Source: Chlorokybus atmophyticus (taxonomy: Eukaryota; Plantae; Mesostigma and Chlorokybus algae). From it: DNA of 64,000 nt. The stretch spans positions 31,125 to 95,124 of the forward strand of contig RHPI01003041.1 of NCBI GenBank assembly GCA_009103225.1. The letters are read 5' to 3'. Position 1 is the first letter of the stretch, and every line of letters begins with the position of its first letter. The position numbers were made by a program, and so were the translations under genes. Below, piece by piece: positions 12,229 to 23,280 of this stretch. Under the pieces are notes generated by a model. That model was not told where the DNA came from. It worked only from the letters and a program-made list of their open reading frames with translations, and searched no databases.

Positions 12229-12468
12229 TGTCGGGTCGAGGGGAGTCGAGGGTCACACTGTCTCGGCCAGCTGCAGGGACAGACACGCTTGCTAGACATG
12301 CTACTGCGCCTCCTTTGTAACGCGCAGCAAAAGCAAAAGATAACCCAACCCTCATGGTGACAAGTGCCATGTGCAGCTGGTCTGCTGCTGCCGGGTAGTA
12401 TGGACAGGTGGAGTCAGTGTTCTCCCTAGTGTACATGCTGTGCTGTAGGACACACAGTCAACAAGCCA
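12229..12468 (-). repeat. Repeat A, terminal copy (240 bp)
   Basis: About 95% identical to 13065-13304 (12 differences by hand count). Ends ...CCGACA at the element terminus. Confidence 0.93.
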
Positions 12469-13062
12469 CTACTATAAGTAATTCTGTTTACACAGTTCTT
12501 TACATGAGTGGAAGAGAGAGATTAGACTGTTAAGTGAGGTGAATGAGCAAGCAACACGTGGATGCTATGCCCGGACTGATGCCAACAAGCACACCGCGAC
12601 CGAGTACACCAAGCTCACAACAAGGACAAGCACAGTGCACAGAAACATGCACAGGCTCTCACACGGTGAGGGGATTCCTGGGAGCCGGGACGGCGTGTTT
12701 CGTGCTTCAAGTCGCTTCACACGCTCTTAGCTTTCTCACTCACAGTGTCACCAGCTGATCTGGTGAACACTGTGCCTACTTATACAAGTCAACTCAGGAC
12801 TGTCCAGAACATAAGCTAACGGTCATTTCGAGGCAATATCTACAAGAAATCCCCACTCGATATAGAACCCAACTTATAACTGAACTCACAACCGAACAGC
12901 TACGCGCGGTGCCTATGTAGGCTATGGTCATGAGCTACTCTAGAGACATGACCTAGCTATTGGTCAGTGACGCGCGCGGGTTGCCAGGCTGGTAAGCCGG
13001 GCGAGGGTCTCGCTGTAGGCATGCCCGATGAAGACTGGCATGCCCGGGTGATAGGCATGACA
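12456..13062 (-). repeat. Repeat B, internal 3' copy (about 607 bp)
   Basis: About 93-94% identical to 28525-29133 by hand count. Overlaps repeat A through the shared AGTCAACAAGCCA. Confidence 0.93.
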
Positions 13063-13064
13063 GC

Positions 13065-13304
13065 TGTCGGGTCGAGGGAAGTCGAGGGTCACGCTGTCTC
13101 GGCCAGCTGCAGGGACAGACATGCTTGCTATACATGCTACTGCGCCACCTTTGTAACGCGCAACAAAAGCAAAAGATAACCCAACCCTCATGGTGACAAG
13201 TGCTTTATGCAGCTGGTCTGCTGCTGCCGGGTAGTACAGACAGGTGGAGTCGGTGTTCTCCCTAGTGTACATGCTGTGCTGTAGGACACACAGTCAACAA
13301 GCCA
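13065..13304 (-). repeat. Repeat A', directly after the polypurine tract
   Basis: Starts TGGCTTG on the minus strand immediately after a G7 run (13305-13311). Separated from B by GC. Confidence 0.93.
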
Positions 13305-13349
13305 CCCCCCCTGGGCTCTGGGGGAGGTTCCAGCTCCAGAGCTCAGCTG

Positions 13350-14796
13350 CTAACGCAAGTGAGGAGGGCCGTTGGTACGGCAATCGTCACACCAATACTC
13401 CTCCATGGGTATCGCGTCCAAAGGTGGCTCCAGGCAGTAGCAATGCAGGCCCTTGTTGCAGCCATCGCAGAGCATCATAAATGCGTCGTCGCCGGCGCTG
13501 CCGCAGCGTTCACAGCGTGTGCTGCGTGCGGGACGAGGGTGCTGGATACGCCCGAAGTCGGCTACGTAAGGAAGGTGACATGGCGCACAGTTCACCATAT
13601 TGTCCTTCAACCTCTCTCCGTTTTGAACAAGGAGGTCCAGCACCCCTGTGGGGTACACTTTGAGCACCTTATAGACGGTGCGGCCCACGGAGGTGTCGAG
13701 CGTGTCTTTGGTGGCTGCCATGCGATAGGCAAAGTCCCGTGCTTGGAACCGCCGTTGGCGCTCCTTGTAGAAGCCGCTGCGTACGCGCTCGTAGCGCAGC
13801 GTGTCGCGCTGCTGCGCGATGCGCAGGTTGTTGAAGGCCATGGGGACGGTGCGCTCAAAAAGCGCGGCGCGCGTGGTGATGTCGTGGTGCAACCAGTCAG
13901 GGTCGTCGAGGTTGTTCACGACGCGATCCACCTCCTGCTGCGCACGGAAGGGGAGCAATGGTGGTCGCCCGAACAGCAGATAGTACGGGCTATACTCACG
14001 CAGCGCCGCCTGCTTTGACAATCGATCCGAGGGCCACCCATGGGAGGTGGTCATCCCAAGTGTTCTTCTCGTTCTCAAGCACGTACTTGCGGAGTGCCTT
14101 CTTGATGGTCTGCACTGTACGCTCGGCGAGACCGTCGGCTTGAGGGTGATCACGCGAGGTACGACGGTGGTTGATGTAATATTTGTCAAAGAGGGTGTTG
14201 AACTCCCCTCTGAACTCAATACCTTGGTCAGTGATGACCTCGGCGCAGCTGCCAAATCGGCTGAGAACGTGAGAGAAGGAAGGCTTGAGACACCCCCCTG
14301 CTGCTCTTGTTGGGTAATGGTACCAGCTCCACCCATTTGGAGAAGTGCTTGATCATGACCAGGATGTAACGGTTGCCACGCGCTGAGGGTGCCAAGTCCC
14401 CCAAAATGTCGAGCCCCCATCGGTAAAAGAGACCGGAGATGGGGAGTGGGTGCAATGTGGCGCTACGCGTGTTGAGGCTGGCGCGCACCATGTCACACTG
14501 CTGGCAGTGGCTGACGAACCCCTGCACCTGTTTCGTTAACCCATACCACCAATATTGTGCACTAGGCTGCCTATACGCTTGACACCGAAGTGTCCAAGCT
14601 TAGTGTGGAGGGAAGTGATGATGCCCTCGCGCGTGACTGGTGTCGGCACTTCCTTGTCTTCGTCATGGAAGCGGCGATACAGCTTGTCACCTGCCCATCG
14701 ATAGCGACGGGTGCATTGGTTGACACGGTCCTTCTCTCGGGCACTCATGCCGGAGGGAAGCTAGCCACTTTGAAGAAAGGAAAGTGATGGCTTGTC
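13350..14796 (-). pseudogene. Integrase (HHCC, DDE core) with C-terminal PHD finger
   Basis: HTKLGHFG...CQQCD, RWGLDILG, YSPYYLLFGRPP, then CERC...MLCDGC...HCYC...WCDDC (C4HC3) at about 13380-13514. Frameshifted. Confidence 0.92.
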
Positions 14797-15526
14797 CCGC
14801 CTGTTGAAGATATTCCTACATCCGGTCAGCCTGCCCTGCATACAAGAGAGAAGAGAAGGGACCTCGATGGGAGGACCTCGAAGACTCCGGACATAAAGGT
14901 CCTGCCGCGGACTGCAGAGAAGGGTCCTAGGAGAATCGTCATATCTCCTAGAATACTCAGTCATTTGAGACGTGGCATAGCTTGTTGAAAAGCTTATTAA
15001 GTTAGCTACGTGGCACATCTTACAGCGTAGGATTCGGTTCAGTAGATCGGACGCTGTTGCGTGTAGACCAGCAGTGTGTACAAACTGTGTACTGACTGGC
15101 GGGTATATAACCCCGCGGTTTGTTGGTAATAAATCGGGAAGTGTGTTGCCTTCTCCTGTGTGTCATTGCTTGCCCTCTTCACTTGCATGCTTGCTTCTCA
15201 ACAGGTTATGGGCCCACACTACGCGTGAAGAGTGTGAGAAAGAGAAAGAAAGCGAAGTGAAGAAAAGTGACAAAGTGCATTGAAGTGAAAATCGAAGTCA
15301 CTCAAGATTGAAGAGTGAAGAGAAGACCGAAGTCACTCAAGACTGAAGGCGCTGAAGAGTGAAGTGAAGACCGAAGTCATTCAAGACCGAAGTCATTGAA
15401 GTCACTCAAGAGTGAAGTGTAGATTAAAGATACTGAAGTCAACAAAGTCACTCAAGTCACAACACGTGAAGATTATCAAAGCAAGTCTCAAGTGCTAACT
15501 GCAAGAAGAAAGCAGGCGCGGCAAAG

Positions 15527-16264
15527 ATGGAGGCAAGCTACGATAAAGGGCTGATCACAAAGCTGGACACAAACAACTACAGCACTTGGTGCGTAGAGAT
15601 GAAGGCACTACTTATCCACAAGAAGATGTGGAAGTATGTTGACCCGAAGGCATCTGCACCAAGAGCAGGAGAAGAAAGCATCTGGCTTGAACACTCAGTT
15701 GAAGCACATTCCTTGATGGTGCTTAACTGCAAGCCACATCACTTTCCCATGCTCACAGCATGTGAAGATGGCAGACAAGCTTGGGAGAAGCTTGCAGCCG
15801 TATTTCAAGCCAAGAACAACGCCAGAAAGATACAATTACGCAAGCAGCTAAGCGCGCTTCATAAAGAGACGGCCGAGCCGGTCACAAAGTATGTTGCACG
15901 TGCGAGAGAGCTGTGGGCGGACCTCATCAACGTCGGCCACAAGATGGAAGAGACGGAGGTCGTATTGGCGATTGTTGCAGGACTGCCATTAGAGTACGAA
16001 GTTGTCGCTACTCTGCTCGAGACATCGTCATCGGAGCTAACCCTAGACGATGTGCTACCCAAGTTGCTCACTGTGGAGCAACGCGTCTCAAAGAAGGAAG
16101 AGCAAGCGGACTCTGTGGCCTTCTACACACGAGACAAATACGAGAAATTAAGCAACTATGAAGACAAGAACAAGGCGAAAGGCAGCAACTCAAAGTTCAA
16201 AAATCTCACATGCCACTATTGTGGTATTAAAGGACATATCTCAAAGGATTGTCGTAAGCGGTAA
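15527..16264 (+). CDS. Copia gag (245 aa, CHYCGIKGHISKDC knuckle), ended by a single in-frame TAA
   Basis: ORF track. The frame continues after the TAA into WAIDSGCDQH (protease). Confidence 0.9.
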   Translation: MEASYDKGLITKLDTNNYSTWCVEMKALLIHKKMWKYVDPKASAPRAGEESIWLEHSVEAHSLMVLNCKPHHFPMLTACEDGRQAWEKLAAVFQAKNNARKIQLRKQLSALHKETAEPVTKYVARARELWADLINVGHKMEETEVVLAIVAGLPLEYEVVATLLETSSSELTLDDVLPKLLTVEQRVSKKEEQADSVAFYTRDKYEKLSNYEDKNKAKGSNSKFKNLTCHYCGIKGHISKDCRKR

Positions 16265-16906
16265 CGAGAGCAATCTGAAGCAGGCACCAGTAGCAACGCT
16301 CAACGCAAAGAAAAGGGTGTTGCATTTACTGCCTCAAGGAAGTTTGATACAACTTCATGGGCAATTGACTCAGGCTGTGACCAGCATCTCACACCGCACA
16401 AGGAGGTGATGGAGAACTACAGGAAGATGTCAACCACAAGGAAGGTGGAAGGCTTTAGTGGTCACGAGTTGGAAGCAATAGGAGTTGGTGAAGTNAGGCT
16501 CAATGCAAGATTGGTGATCGAGACATCGTCATCGGAGCTAACCCTAGACGATGTGCTACCCAAGTTGCTCACTGTGGAGCAACGCGTCTTAAAGAAGGAA
16601 GAGCAAGCGGACTCTGTGGCCTTCTACACACGAGACAAATACGAGAAATTAAGCAACTATGAAGACAAGAACAAGGCGAAAGGCAGCAACTCAAAGTTCA
16701 AAAATCTCACATGCCACTATTGTGGTATTAAAGGACATATCTCAAAGGATTGTCGTAAGCGGTAACGAGAGCAATCTGAAGCAGGCACCAGTAGCAACGC
16801 TCAACGCAAAGAAAAGGGTGTTGCATTTACTGCCTCAAGGAAATTTGATACAACTTCATGGGCAATTGACTCAGGCTGTGACCAGCATCTCACACCGCAC
16901 AAGGAG

Positions 16907-19843
16907 GTGATGGAGAACTACAGGAAGATGTCAACCACAAGGAAGGTGGAAGGCTTTAGTGGTCACGAGTTGGAAGCAATAGGAGTTGGTGAAGTGAGGC
17001 TTCAATGCAAGATTGGTGATGGTGAGAGAGAGGTGGTACTGCGTGAAGTATTGCACGTACCTGGAGCTGCTGCAAGCTTGTTTTCTGTGAGAGTTGCTGA
17101 GCGCGTGGGAGCTGAGATAGTGATCCGGGAGGGACGCTGCTCCGTACGCATGGATGGGGTCGAGTACATGGTCGGAACCCAACGAGGAGGGCTCTACATT
17201 GTGGAGCAGACTCATGGCAGCAAGGCCATGATTGTGAAGGAGAACGAGACGGCTGAGCTTTGGCATCGAAGGTTCGGGCATTTGGGCTACAGCAACCTCA
17301 CACGCCTGGTCGCTGAAGACATGGTGAAGGGCATTACTGGGAGCAAGGAAGATTTTCAAGCGTCTTCAACTACGCTCTGTGAACCCTGTGTGTTGGCCAA
17401 GCAGCATCGCATGCCGTTCTCATCATCTTCTTCAAGTAGCAAACATCCCTGCGAGCTTGTGCACATGGACGTTTGCGGGCCTATGCGCATTGTGGCGAAA
17501 GGAGGGGTAAGATACTTTGCAACATTCCTCGACGACTACAGCAAGCTTTCCATCGTCTTCCCTTTGATTCAAAAGTCAAAAGTCGCTGGAGCTGTGCGTA
17601 CAGTCATTGCATTGCTTGAAATTCAATCGGGCAAGAAGATGAAAGCAATGAGAAGTGATCGAGGAGGGGAGTACGTCAACGCCCAGCTCAAAGAGTTCTT
17701 CGCCAGCAAAGGCATACGGCATGAGACAACAGCACCATACACTCCGCAGCAGAATGGAGCAGCTGAACGTCTCAACCGAACGTTGTTGGAGCGTGTTCGA
17801 GCCATGCTCAATGACACCAAGTTGGAGGACAGTCTGTGGAAAGAGGCCGTTCTCACTGCCAACTACATCCGCAACCGTTCACCGATAAGCTCTGAGCAAA
17901 AGACTCCGTGGGAGCTCTTTTACGGTGAAGCGCCAGATGTGAGTGGCATGCGTGTGTTCGGATGTGTGGCATATGCACTTGTGCCAGGTCAATTGCGACA
18001 CAAGTTGGAGCCGGTCAGCAAGAAGGGCATCTTCGTTGGCTATGAACCAGGCTCAAAGGCGTACAAGGTCCTACTGGAGGACACGCGCAAGATTGTGGTG
18101 AGCAGAGACGTCGTGTTCCACGAAGGCTCATCACAAGTTGAAGCCGAAGAAGGTTTCTACCCTCAAGATGAAGATGACAAAGCACAACCTGAAGAGCTTT
18201 CAAGCAGAGAAAAGGTTGAAGGTGAGGCATCAGTCATCAATAAAGAGCAGGGCTCATCTGTAGCAGGCGAGAAGCAGAAGCAGCAGGAGCAAGCTCGACG
18301 CTACCCAGTGAGGGAAAGACAAGCACCTGACTTCTACAAGGCACACATCGCTAGTGTGCACAATGACGAGAGTGAAGAACCAAGCACCTACGAGGAGGCA
18401 TTGCGAGCACCAGATGCAGAACAATGGCAGCGAGCTATGGATGATGAGATTGCATCACTCCATGCCAACAACACATGGGTGTTGGAGAAGCCCCCGCAAG
18501 GTGTGAAGCCCATTCCGGTCAAGTGGGTGTTCAAGGTAAAGCGTGATGGTCAAGGCAACATCGAGCGCTACAAGGCAAGTAAGCATGCAACCTTCCGCAC
18601 ATTGATTGCCATGGTTGCTGCTGAAGACCTCGAGTGTCACCACCTTGATGTGAAGACTGCTTTCCTTTACGGAGAGCTGGAGGAAGAGATCTACACCAAG
18701 CAACCACCAGGCTACGCAGAAGGGGAGCCAGGCATGGCTTGCAAGTTGATCAAGGCTTTGTATGGGCTGCGACAAGCACCACGTGTGTGGCACATTCGCC
18801 TCACGAAAGAGTTGGAGAAACTCGGCTACAAAGCATCCTCAGCGGATCCGGGGCTCTTCATCCATGAAAAGAAGAAGGTTTACTTGCTCGTGTATGTGGA
18901 CGACATCATCGTCACGGCCAAGCAAGTTGAAGACCTGAAGGAAACGAAGCACGGATTGCAGCAAGCATTCGCAGTACGCGACCTTGGAGAGGTCAAGTTA
19001 TTTCTTGGCATGGTGATAGAGCGTGACAGAGCAGCACGCACAATCAAGATCAGCCAAGAGCAGATGGTGAAGCAACTTGTCACCAAATTCGGACTCAACG
19101 AAGCAAAGACCAAGTCTACTCCATTGGCACTCGGCACCAACCTCGTCAAAGCGAAAGATGAGGAAGTACTCGACAAGGCTCAGTATCCCTATGGTGAACT
19201 TGTTGGGAGTATGCTCTACCTAGCAGTGTGCACAAGACCCGACATCGCACATGCAGTTGGAGTGCTTGCGCGCTACATGTCTGCACCAAGCATGGAGCAC
19301 TGGCGTGCAGCGAAGGGAGTATTGCGCTACGTGGCTGGAAGCGCAAGTGTTGGCATCAAGTTTGGTTGCGGAAGCACAGAGATGGAGGGCTATTGCGACG
19401 CAGACTTTGCAGGTGACCTCGATAGCAGGAGGTCCACCACGGCGTACGTCTTCAAGTTGAATGGAGGCGTGGTGAGCTGGAACAGTAGGCTGCAACCCAC
19501 AACAGCTGCATCTACTTCGGAAGCGGAGTACATGGCAGCATCGGCTGCAGTGAAGGAGGCGTTATGGCTTCGCAAGCTGATGGCAGATCTGGAGCACCCG
19601 ATGGCGTGTATCACGATCAACTGCGACAACCAAGGCGCCATCAAGTTGCTGAAGCACCCCATTGCCTCGACAAGGACAAAGCACATTGATGTCATGCATC
19701 ACTTTGTGCGAGACAGAGTCACACGCAAGGAGGTTGAGTTCCAATATTGCAATACGGAAGACATGCTCGCGGACTTCATGACGAAGCCACTGTCACCGCT
19801 GAAGTTTAAGGCATGTTGCAAGGGACTCGGCATATGTGCTTAG
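16907..19843 (+). CDS. Copia pol (protease C-part, integrase, RT, RNase H), 978 aa, with an in-frame RT deletion
   Basis: LWHRRFGH, VHMDVCGP, RSDRGGEY, QNGAAERLNR, HHLDVKTAFL, LLVYVDDII, YCDADFAGD, RTKHIDV. Confidence 0.95.
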   Translation: MMENYRKMSTTRKVEGFSGHELEAIGVGEVRLQCKIGDGEREVVLREVLHVPGAAASLFSVRVAERVGAEIVIREGRCSVRMDGVEYMVGTQRGGLYIVEQTHGSKAMIVKENETAELWHRRFGHLGYSNLTRLVAEDMVKGITGSKEDFQASSTTLCEPCVLAKQHRMPFSSSSSSSKHPCELVHMDVCGPMRIVAKGGVRYFATFLDDYSKLSIVFPLIQKSKVAGAVRTVIALLEIQSGKKMKAMRSDRGGEYVNAQLKEFFASKGIRHETTAPYTPQQNGAAERLNRTLLERVRAMLNDTKLEDSLWKEAVLTANYIRNRSPISSEQKTPWELFYGEAPDVSGMRVFGCVAYALVPGQLRHKLEPVSKKGIFVGYEPGSKAYKVLLEDTRKIVVSRDVVFHEGSSQVEAEEGFYPQDEDDKAQPEELSSREKVEGEASVINKEQGSSVAGEKQKQQEQARRYPVRERQAPDFYKAHIASVHNDESEEPSTYEEALRAPDAEQWQRAMDDEIASLHANNTWVLEKPPQGVKPIPVKWVFKVKRDGQGNIERYKASKHATFRTLIAMVAAEDLECHHLDVKTAFLYGELEEEIYTKQPPGYAEGEPGMACKLIKALYGLRQAPRVWHIRLTKELEKLGYKASSADPGLFIHEKKKVYLLVYVDDIIVTAKQVEDLKETKHGLQQAFAVRDLGEVKLFLGMVIERDRAARTIKISQEQMVKQLVTKFGLNEAKTKSTPLALGTNLVKAKDEEVLDKAQYPYGELVGSMLYLAVCTRPDIAHAVGVLARYMSAPSMEHWRAAKGVLRYVAGSASVGIKFGCGSTEMEGYCDADFAGDLDSRRSTTAYVFKLNGGVVSWNSRLQPTTAASTSEAEYMAASAAVKEALWLRKLMADLEHPMACITINCDNQGAIKLLKHPIASTRTKHIDVMHHFVRDRVTRKEVEFQYCNTEDMLADFMTKPLSPLKFKACCKGLGICA

Positions 19844-20290
19844 GTGAAAGAAGACCAAGCGTTGGAGGCCAAGCTGCCCGCGTGGGAGTGTTGAAGATAT
19901 TCCTACATCCGGTCAGCCTGCCCTGCATACAAGAGAGAAGAGAAGGGACCTCGATGGGAGGACCTCGAAGACTCCGGACATAAAGGTCCTGCCGCGGACT
20001 GCAGAGAAGGGTCCTAGGAGAATCGTTATATCTCCTAGAATACTCAGTCATTTGGGACGTGGCATAGCTTGTTGAAAAGCTTATTAAGTTAGCTACGTGG
20101 CACATCTTACAGCGTAGGATTCGGTTCAGTAGATCGGACGCTGTTGCGTGTAGACCAGCAGTGTGTACAAACTGTGTACTGACTGGCGGGTATATAACCC
20201 CGCGGTTTGTTGGTAATAAATCGGGAAGTGTATTGCCTTCTCCTGTGTGTCATTGCTTGCCCTCTTCACTTGCATGCTTGCTTCTCAACA

Positions 20291-21880
20291 CCGCCATATG
20301 TCCTGCCTGGTGTCAGTGGGCGCCAGCTCTGTGTCATCGACTTCAGTGTTGGCTGCGTGGACGTCTCCCAAGGGTGTGGTTGCCGCAGGGCCGGTAGGCT
20401 CAAAGGCAGGAATCTCCTCTGCCACTGCTGAGGCAGTGGTGTTGGTCTTGCGCTCTGAGCGCAGCGCGGCAGCAGCAAACATGGCTGCCATGGTGGGGGT
20501 TGTTGCTGCAGGGACGAGCTCATGCCGAGCTCCAGTTGCATCATTGGTGCTGAGGTGAGGGTTGCAACTGAGGCCATCGGCGTCTTGGTTAGCGAGGCCA
20601 GCGCGGTGGTCGATCTCGAAGTCGTACTCTTGCAACAGCAGGGCCCATCGAGCAAGTTTCCCTGTCAGATGTTGGTTGGTCATCAGCCACTTGAGGGGCT
20701 GATGACCGGTGATCAGTTGGAACTGCCGACCAAAAAGGAAGGGTCGGAAGAAGGAGATAGCCCACACTGCAGCGAGGCATTCCCCCTCGTAGCTGCTGTA
20801 GTTGGCCTCGGCACTATCGTTGCTTCGGCTGGCGTATAACACCACCCGCTCCTTATTGTTCTCATCGTGCTGCACCAGCACTGCTCCCATCCCCAGCTTG
20901 CTCCAGTCGGTGTGAAGGATGAAAGGCTTGGCGTAGTCCGGACGTTTAAGGACGGGAGCGGTGGTGAGCCTGATCTTCAGCTCCTTGAAGGCCTGCTGTT
21001 GCGGTTCCTTTCATGCGAACTCCACCTCCTTCTTCAGTAGCTTGTTGAGGGGCCTTGCGATCTTCGCGAAGTCCTTCACGAACCGGCGATAGTAGTTGGC
21101 AAGTCCCAAGAAAGCGCGCAGACGTGTGAGGTCTGTCGGGGCAAGGATAGCTGCCAGAGCCTCTACTCTTGCCTGCCGCACATACACACCATGGGGCACA
21201 ATCATGTGCCCTAAGTACGGCACCTTGTGGGTAAAGAAGATACACTTGTCGGGGTGTACGGTCATCCCCACTCCCTTGAGTCGTTCCAGCACCGCTTCGA
21301 TGTGCGGAAGATGCTCCTCGTTGCTGCGGCTGAAGATGAGGATGTCATCGATGTAGCACCGCGCGAAGTCCAGCCCCTTCAAGGCCTTGTCCATGACGCG
21401 TTAAAACTTGGCGGGGGCATTCTTCAGCCCGAACGGCATTACCTTCCATTGGTACAGCTGCCAGTTGCCCCAGAAGCAGGTCTTGTGCTTGTCCTCGTCC
21501 TTGATGGCGATTTGGTTGTACCCTTGACGTATGTCCAGGTCGCTGAAGACTGTGCAGTCTCCCACATCATCAAAGATACCCTCTGCTTTGGGCATGGGGT
21601 ACCTGTCTTGCTTGGTCTTGTTGTTGAGGGGGCGATAGTCGCCACACATGCGTCACTCTGTCCAGTTGCCGGCTGAATCCTCTTCTTCAATGGCATGACG
21701 GTTGCTGTTGCAAAGTCCGATGTGGATTCTTCGATAAGGCCTGCATCAAGCAGCGCCTTACATCTCCGTTCCACCAGGTCCTCTTCCAACTTGGAGAGCC
21801 TGTATTGCCGCCGGAACACCGGCTCGGTGTCCGCCAACTCGATGTCCATCTGCTACACTGAGCATGTACCCAATTCCTTC
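20291..21880 (-). pseudogene. Ty3/Gypsy RT and RNase H
   Basis: MCGDYRPLN, MPFGLKNAP, CYIDDILIFS, FLGLANYYRRFV, YSSYEGECLAAVWAI, LARWALLLQEYDF. Confidence 0.94.
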
Positions 21881-21949
21881 ACATTGAAGCTGAATTGGCT
21901 CCTCCATTTGTCGAGGAGAGCCTCCAGCTTTTCTCGAGTGCCTTCTGTG

Positions 21950-23100
21950 GCCAAAGGGCCAATGGCATGGTCCCATGAGGTCGCATTGGCGACCACGGGC
22001 CTCCAGTGTCACTGCTGCTTGCTCCTCCATGTGGATCACCTCGAGGGCTGTGTGAGCTGCCTTGGTGTCGGTAACGATCGCGATCAGCCCACCCCCCAGC
22101 CAAGTGTTCGAGATCCTCGAAGGACATGTGGCGGTCCTGCAATGCGAAGCTCAGCTCCAGCAGCCATACCATGCTGTTCTGGTCCATGGCGCGGCCAAGC
22201 AGCTGGCATTGCTGACTATCTGTCAGCGACGAGCCCGTGATGCTGTTGGGGGAGAATCCCATGGCGTGTTCACGTTCGCGTGCGTTGGGTTCCTCCAGCC
22301 TGTTGGTGGTCGCATCAAACACCATCCCGTCACCACCGTTCCGAAATACGTAGGAGCCCGGGTAGGACACTAATGTGGGGAGTGCGCGACGGGGCTGACC
22401 GGGCTGATTGCACGGGTAGAAGTGGTTGTGGTCATGATGCAGGACAGGTTGTGCGTTGCGGCCGGGGTCAAGGATGTCATCGACCAGCAGGTTGCGCGGC
22501 TAAGCGCTGCGCGTGTATTCTGCGGTCAAGAGCTCCTCCACGGCGGCCAAGTTTGTCCACTTGGCACGTACACGATGTGCGCGCGAGCCATGTCGTACAG
22601 CATTCACTTTGAGTGGGTGCCCCAGCATGGAGCAAACTTGTCGGTAGCTGAAGGCCACGTGCGGACGCTTGTCGTCCTCTGAATGCACATTTTCGATGAC
22701 GTACCCCAGGGGTTTGGAGATCTGGTGGTGTTGAAGGAGGTATATGATTCTCATCAGCTCCCAAGACAGGGCTGATCGAGGGTTTTCGAGGCTTTGCCCC
22801 TTGCCTGCCCTGGAGTGCCCTTGGCATTCCCACTCAGCTATTAACAAGTCGATGTTGCCGAGGGTCAGAGTAGGTGATCTTCGGTGATCAGCCGGATGTC
22901 TTGTGGCAACGCTTTGAGGCTACCTTGCAACGCCGAGAGGGGTAGTTGATGTGGATATCTCTCGTGCAGTTGGCGTAAGTGCTTGAGGGCCGTTTGCGCG
23001 TATGGGTTTGGGTCACAGTCACAGTATTTGACAACCTTCACACCCGTGTTGAAGACAGCGGCAAGACCACTGCCAATGCCTCCAAACAGCTCCAACACTG
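21950..23100 (-). pseudogene. C5-cytosine DNA methyltransferase domain inside pol, between protease and RT
   Basis: Motif I LELFGGIG. Motif IV IDLLIAEWECQGHSRAGKG with catalytic Cys at about 22824-22826. Motif VI YVIENV. Motif VIII AHRVRAKWTN. Motif IX/X EREHAMGF...LLGRAMD. Split over three frames. Confidence 0.9.
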
Positions 23101-23280
23101 TGATGCCCTACTGCCTGCAAAAGGTGTGGAACTCCACCACTCCGGTGGCCACCATATGCTGGTCCTGCACCTTGTTGTGGCCTCGGTAGTTGGGGAAGCG
23201 CGTGGTGATCAGTGGATGGCTTAGCAAGACGTGTGCGTCCACCTGTGCGCGCCAGCGCCGTTCAGCTGGGTCTTGTAATA

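Larger units (their letters stand above)
14802..20290 (+). mobile_element. Young Ty1/Copia LTR retrotransposon inserted between RNase H and integrase of the DNMT-Gypsy
   Basis: 402-bp LTRs 14802-15203 and 19889-20290 with 3 differences by hand count. TG...CA ends. TSD CCGCC (14797-14801 and 20291-20295). PBS GGTTATGGGCCCA at 15204-15216. Confidence 0.97.

Noticed and set aside
16262-16264. Single TAA between gag and pol as programmed read-through
   Set aside because: A CAA-to-TAA mutation explains it equally well, and the related Copia at 1215-1775 reads through this position without a stop.
16018-17020. 501-bp tandem duplication of the gag-protease junction in the young Copia
   Set aside because: The units are nearly identical and there is an N plus a missing base right at the junction (about 16495-16500). 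Most likely a contig-overlap or gap-closing artefact.
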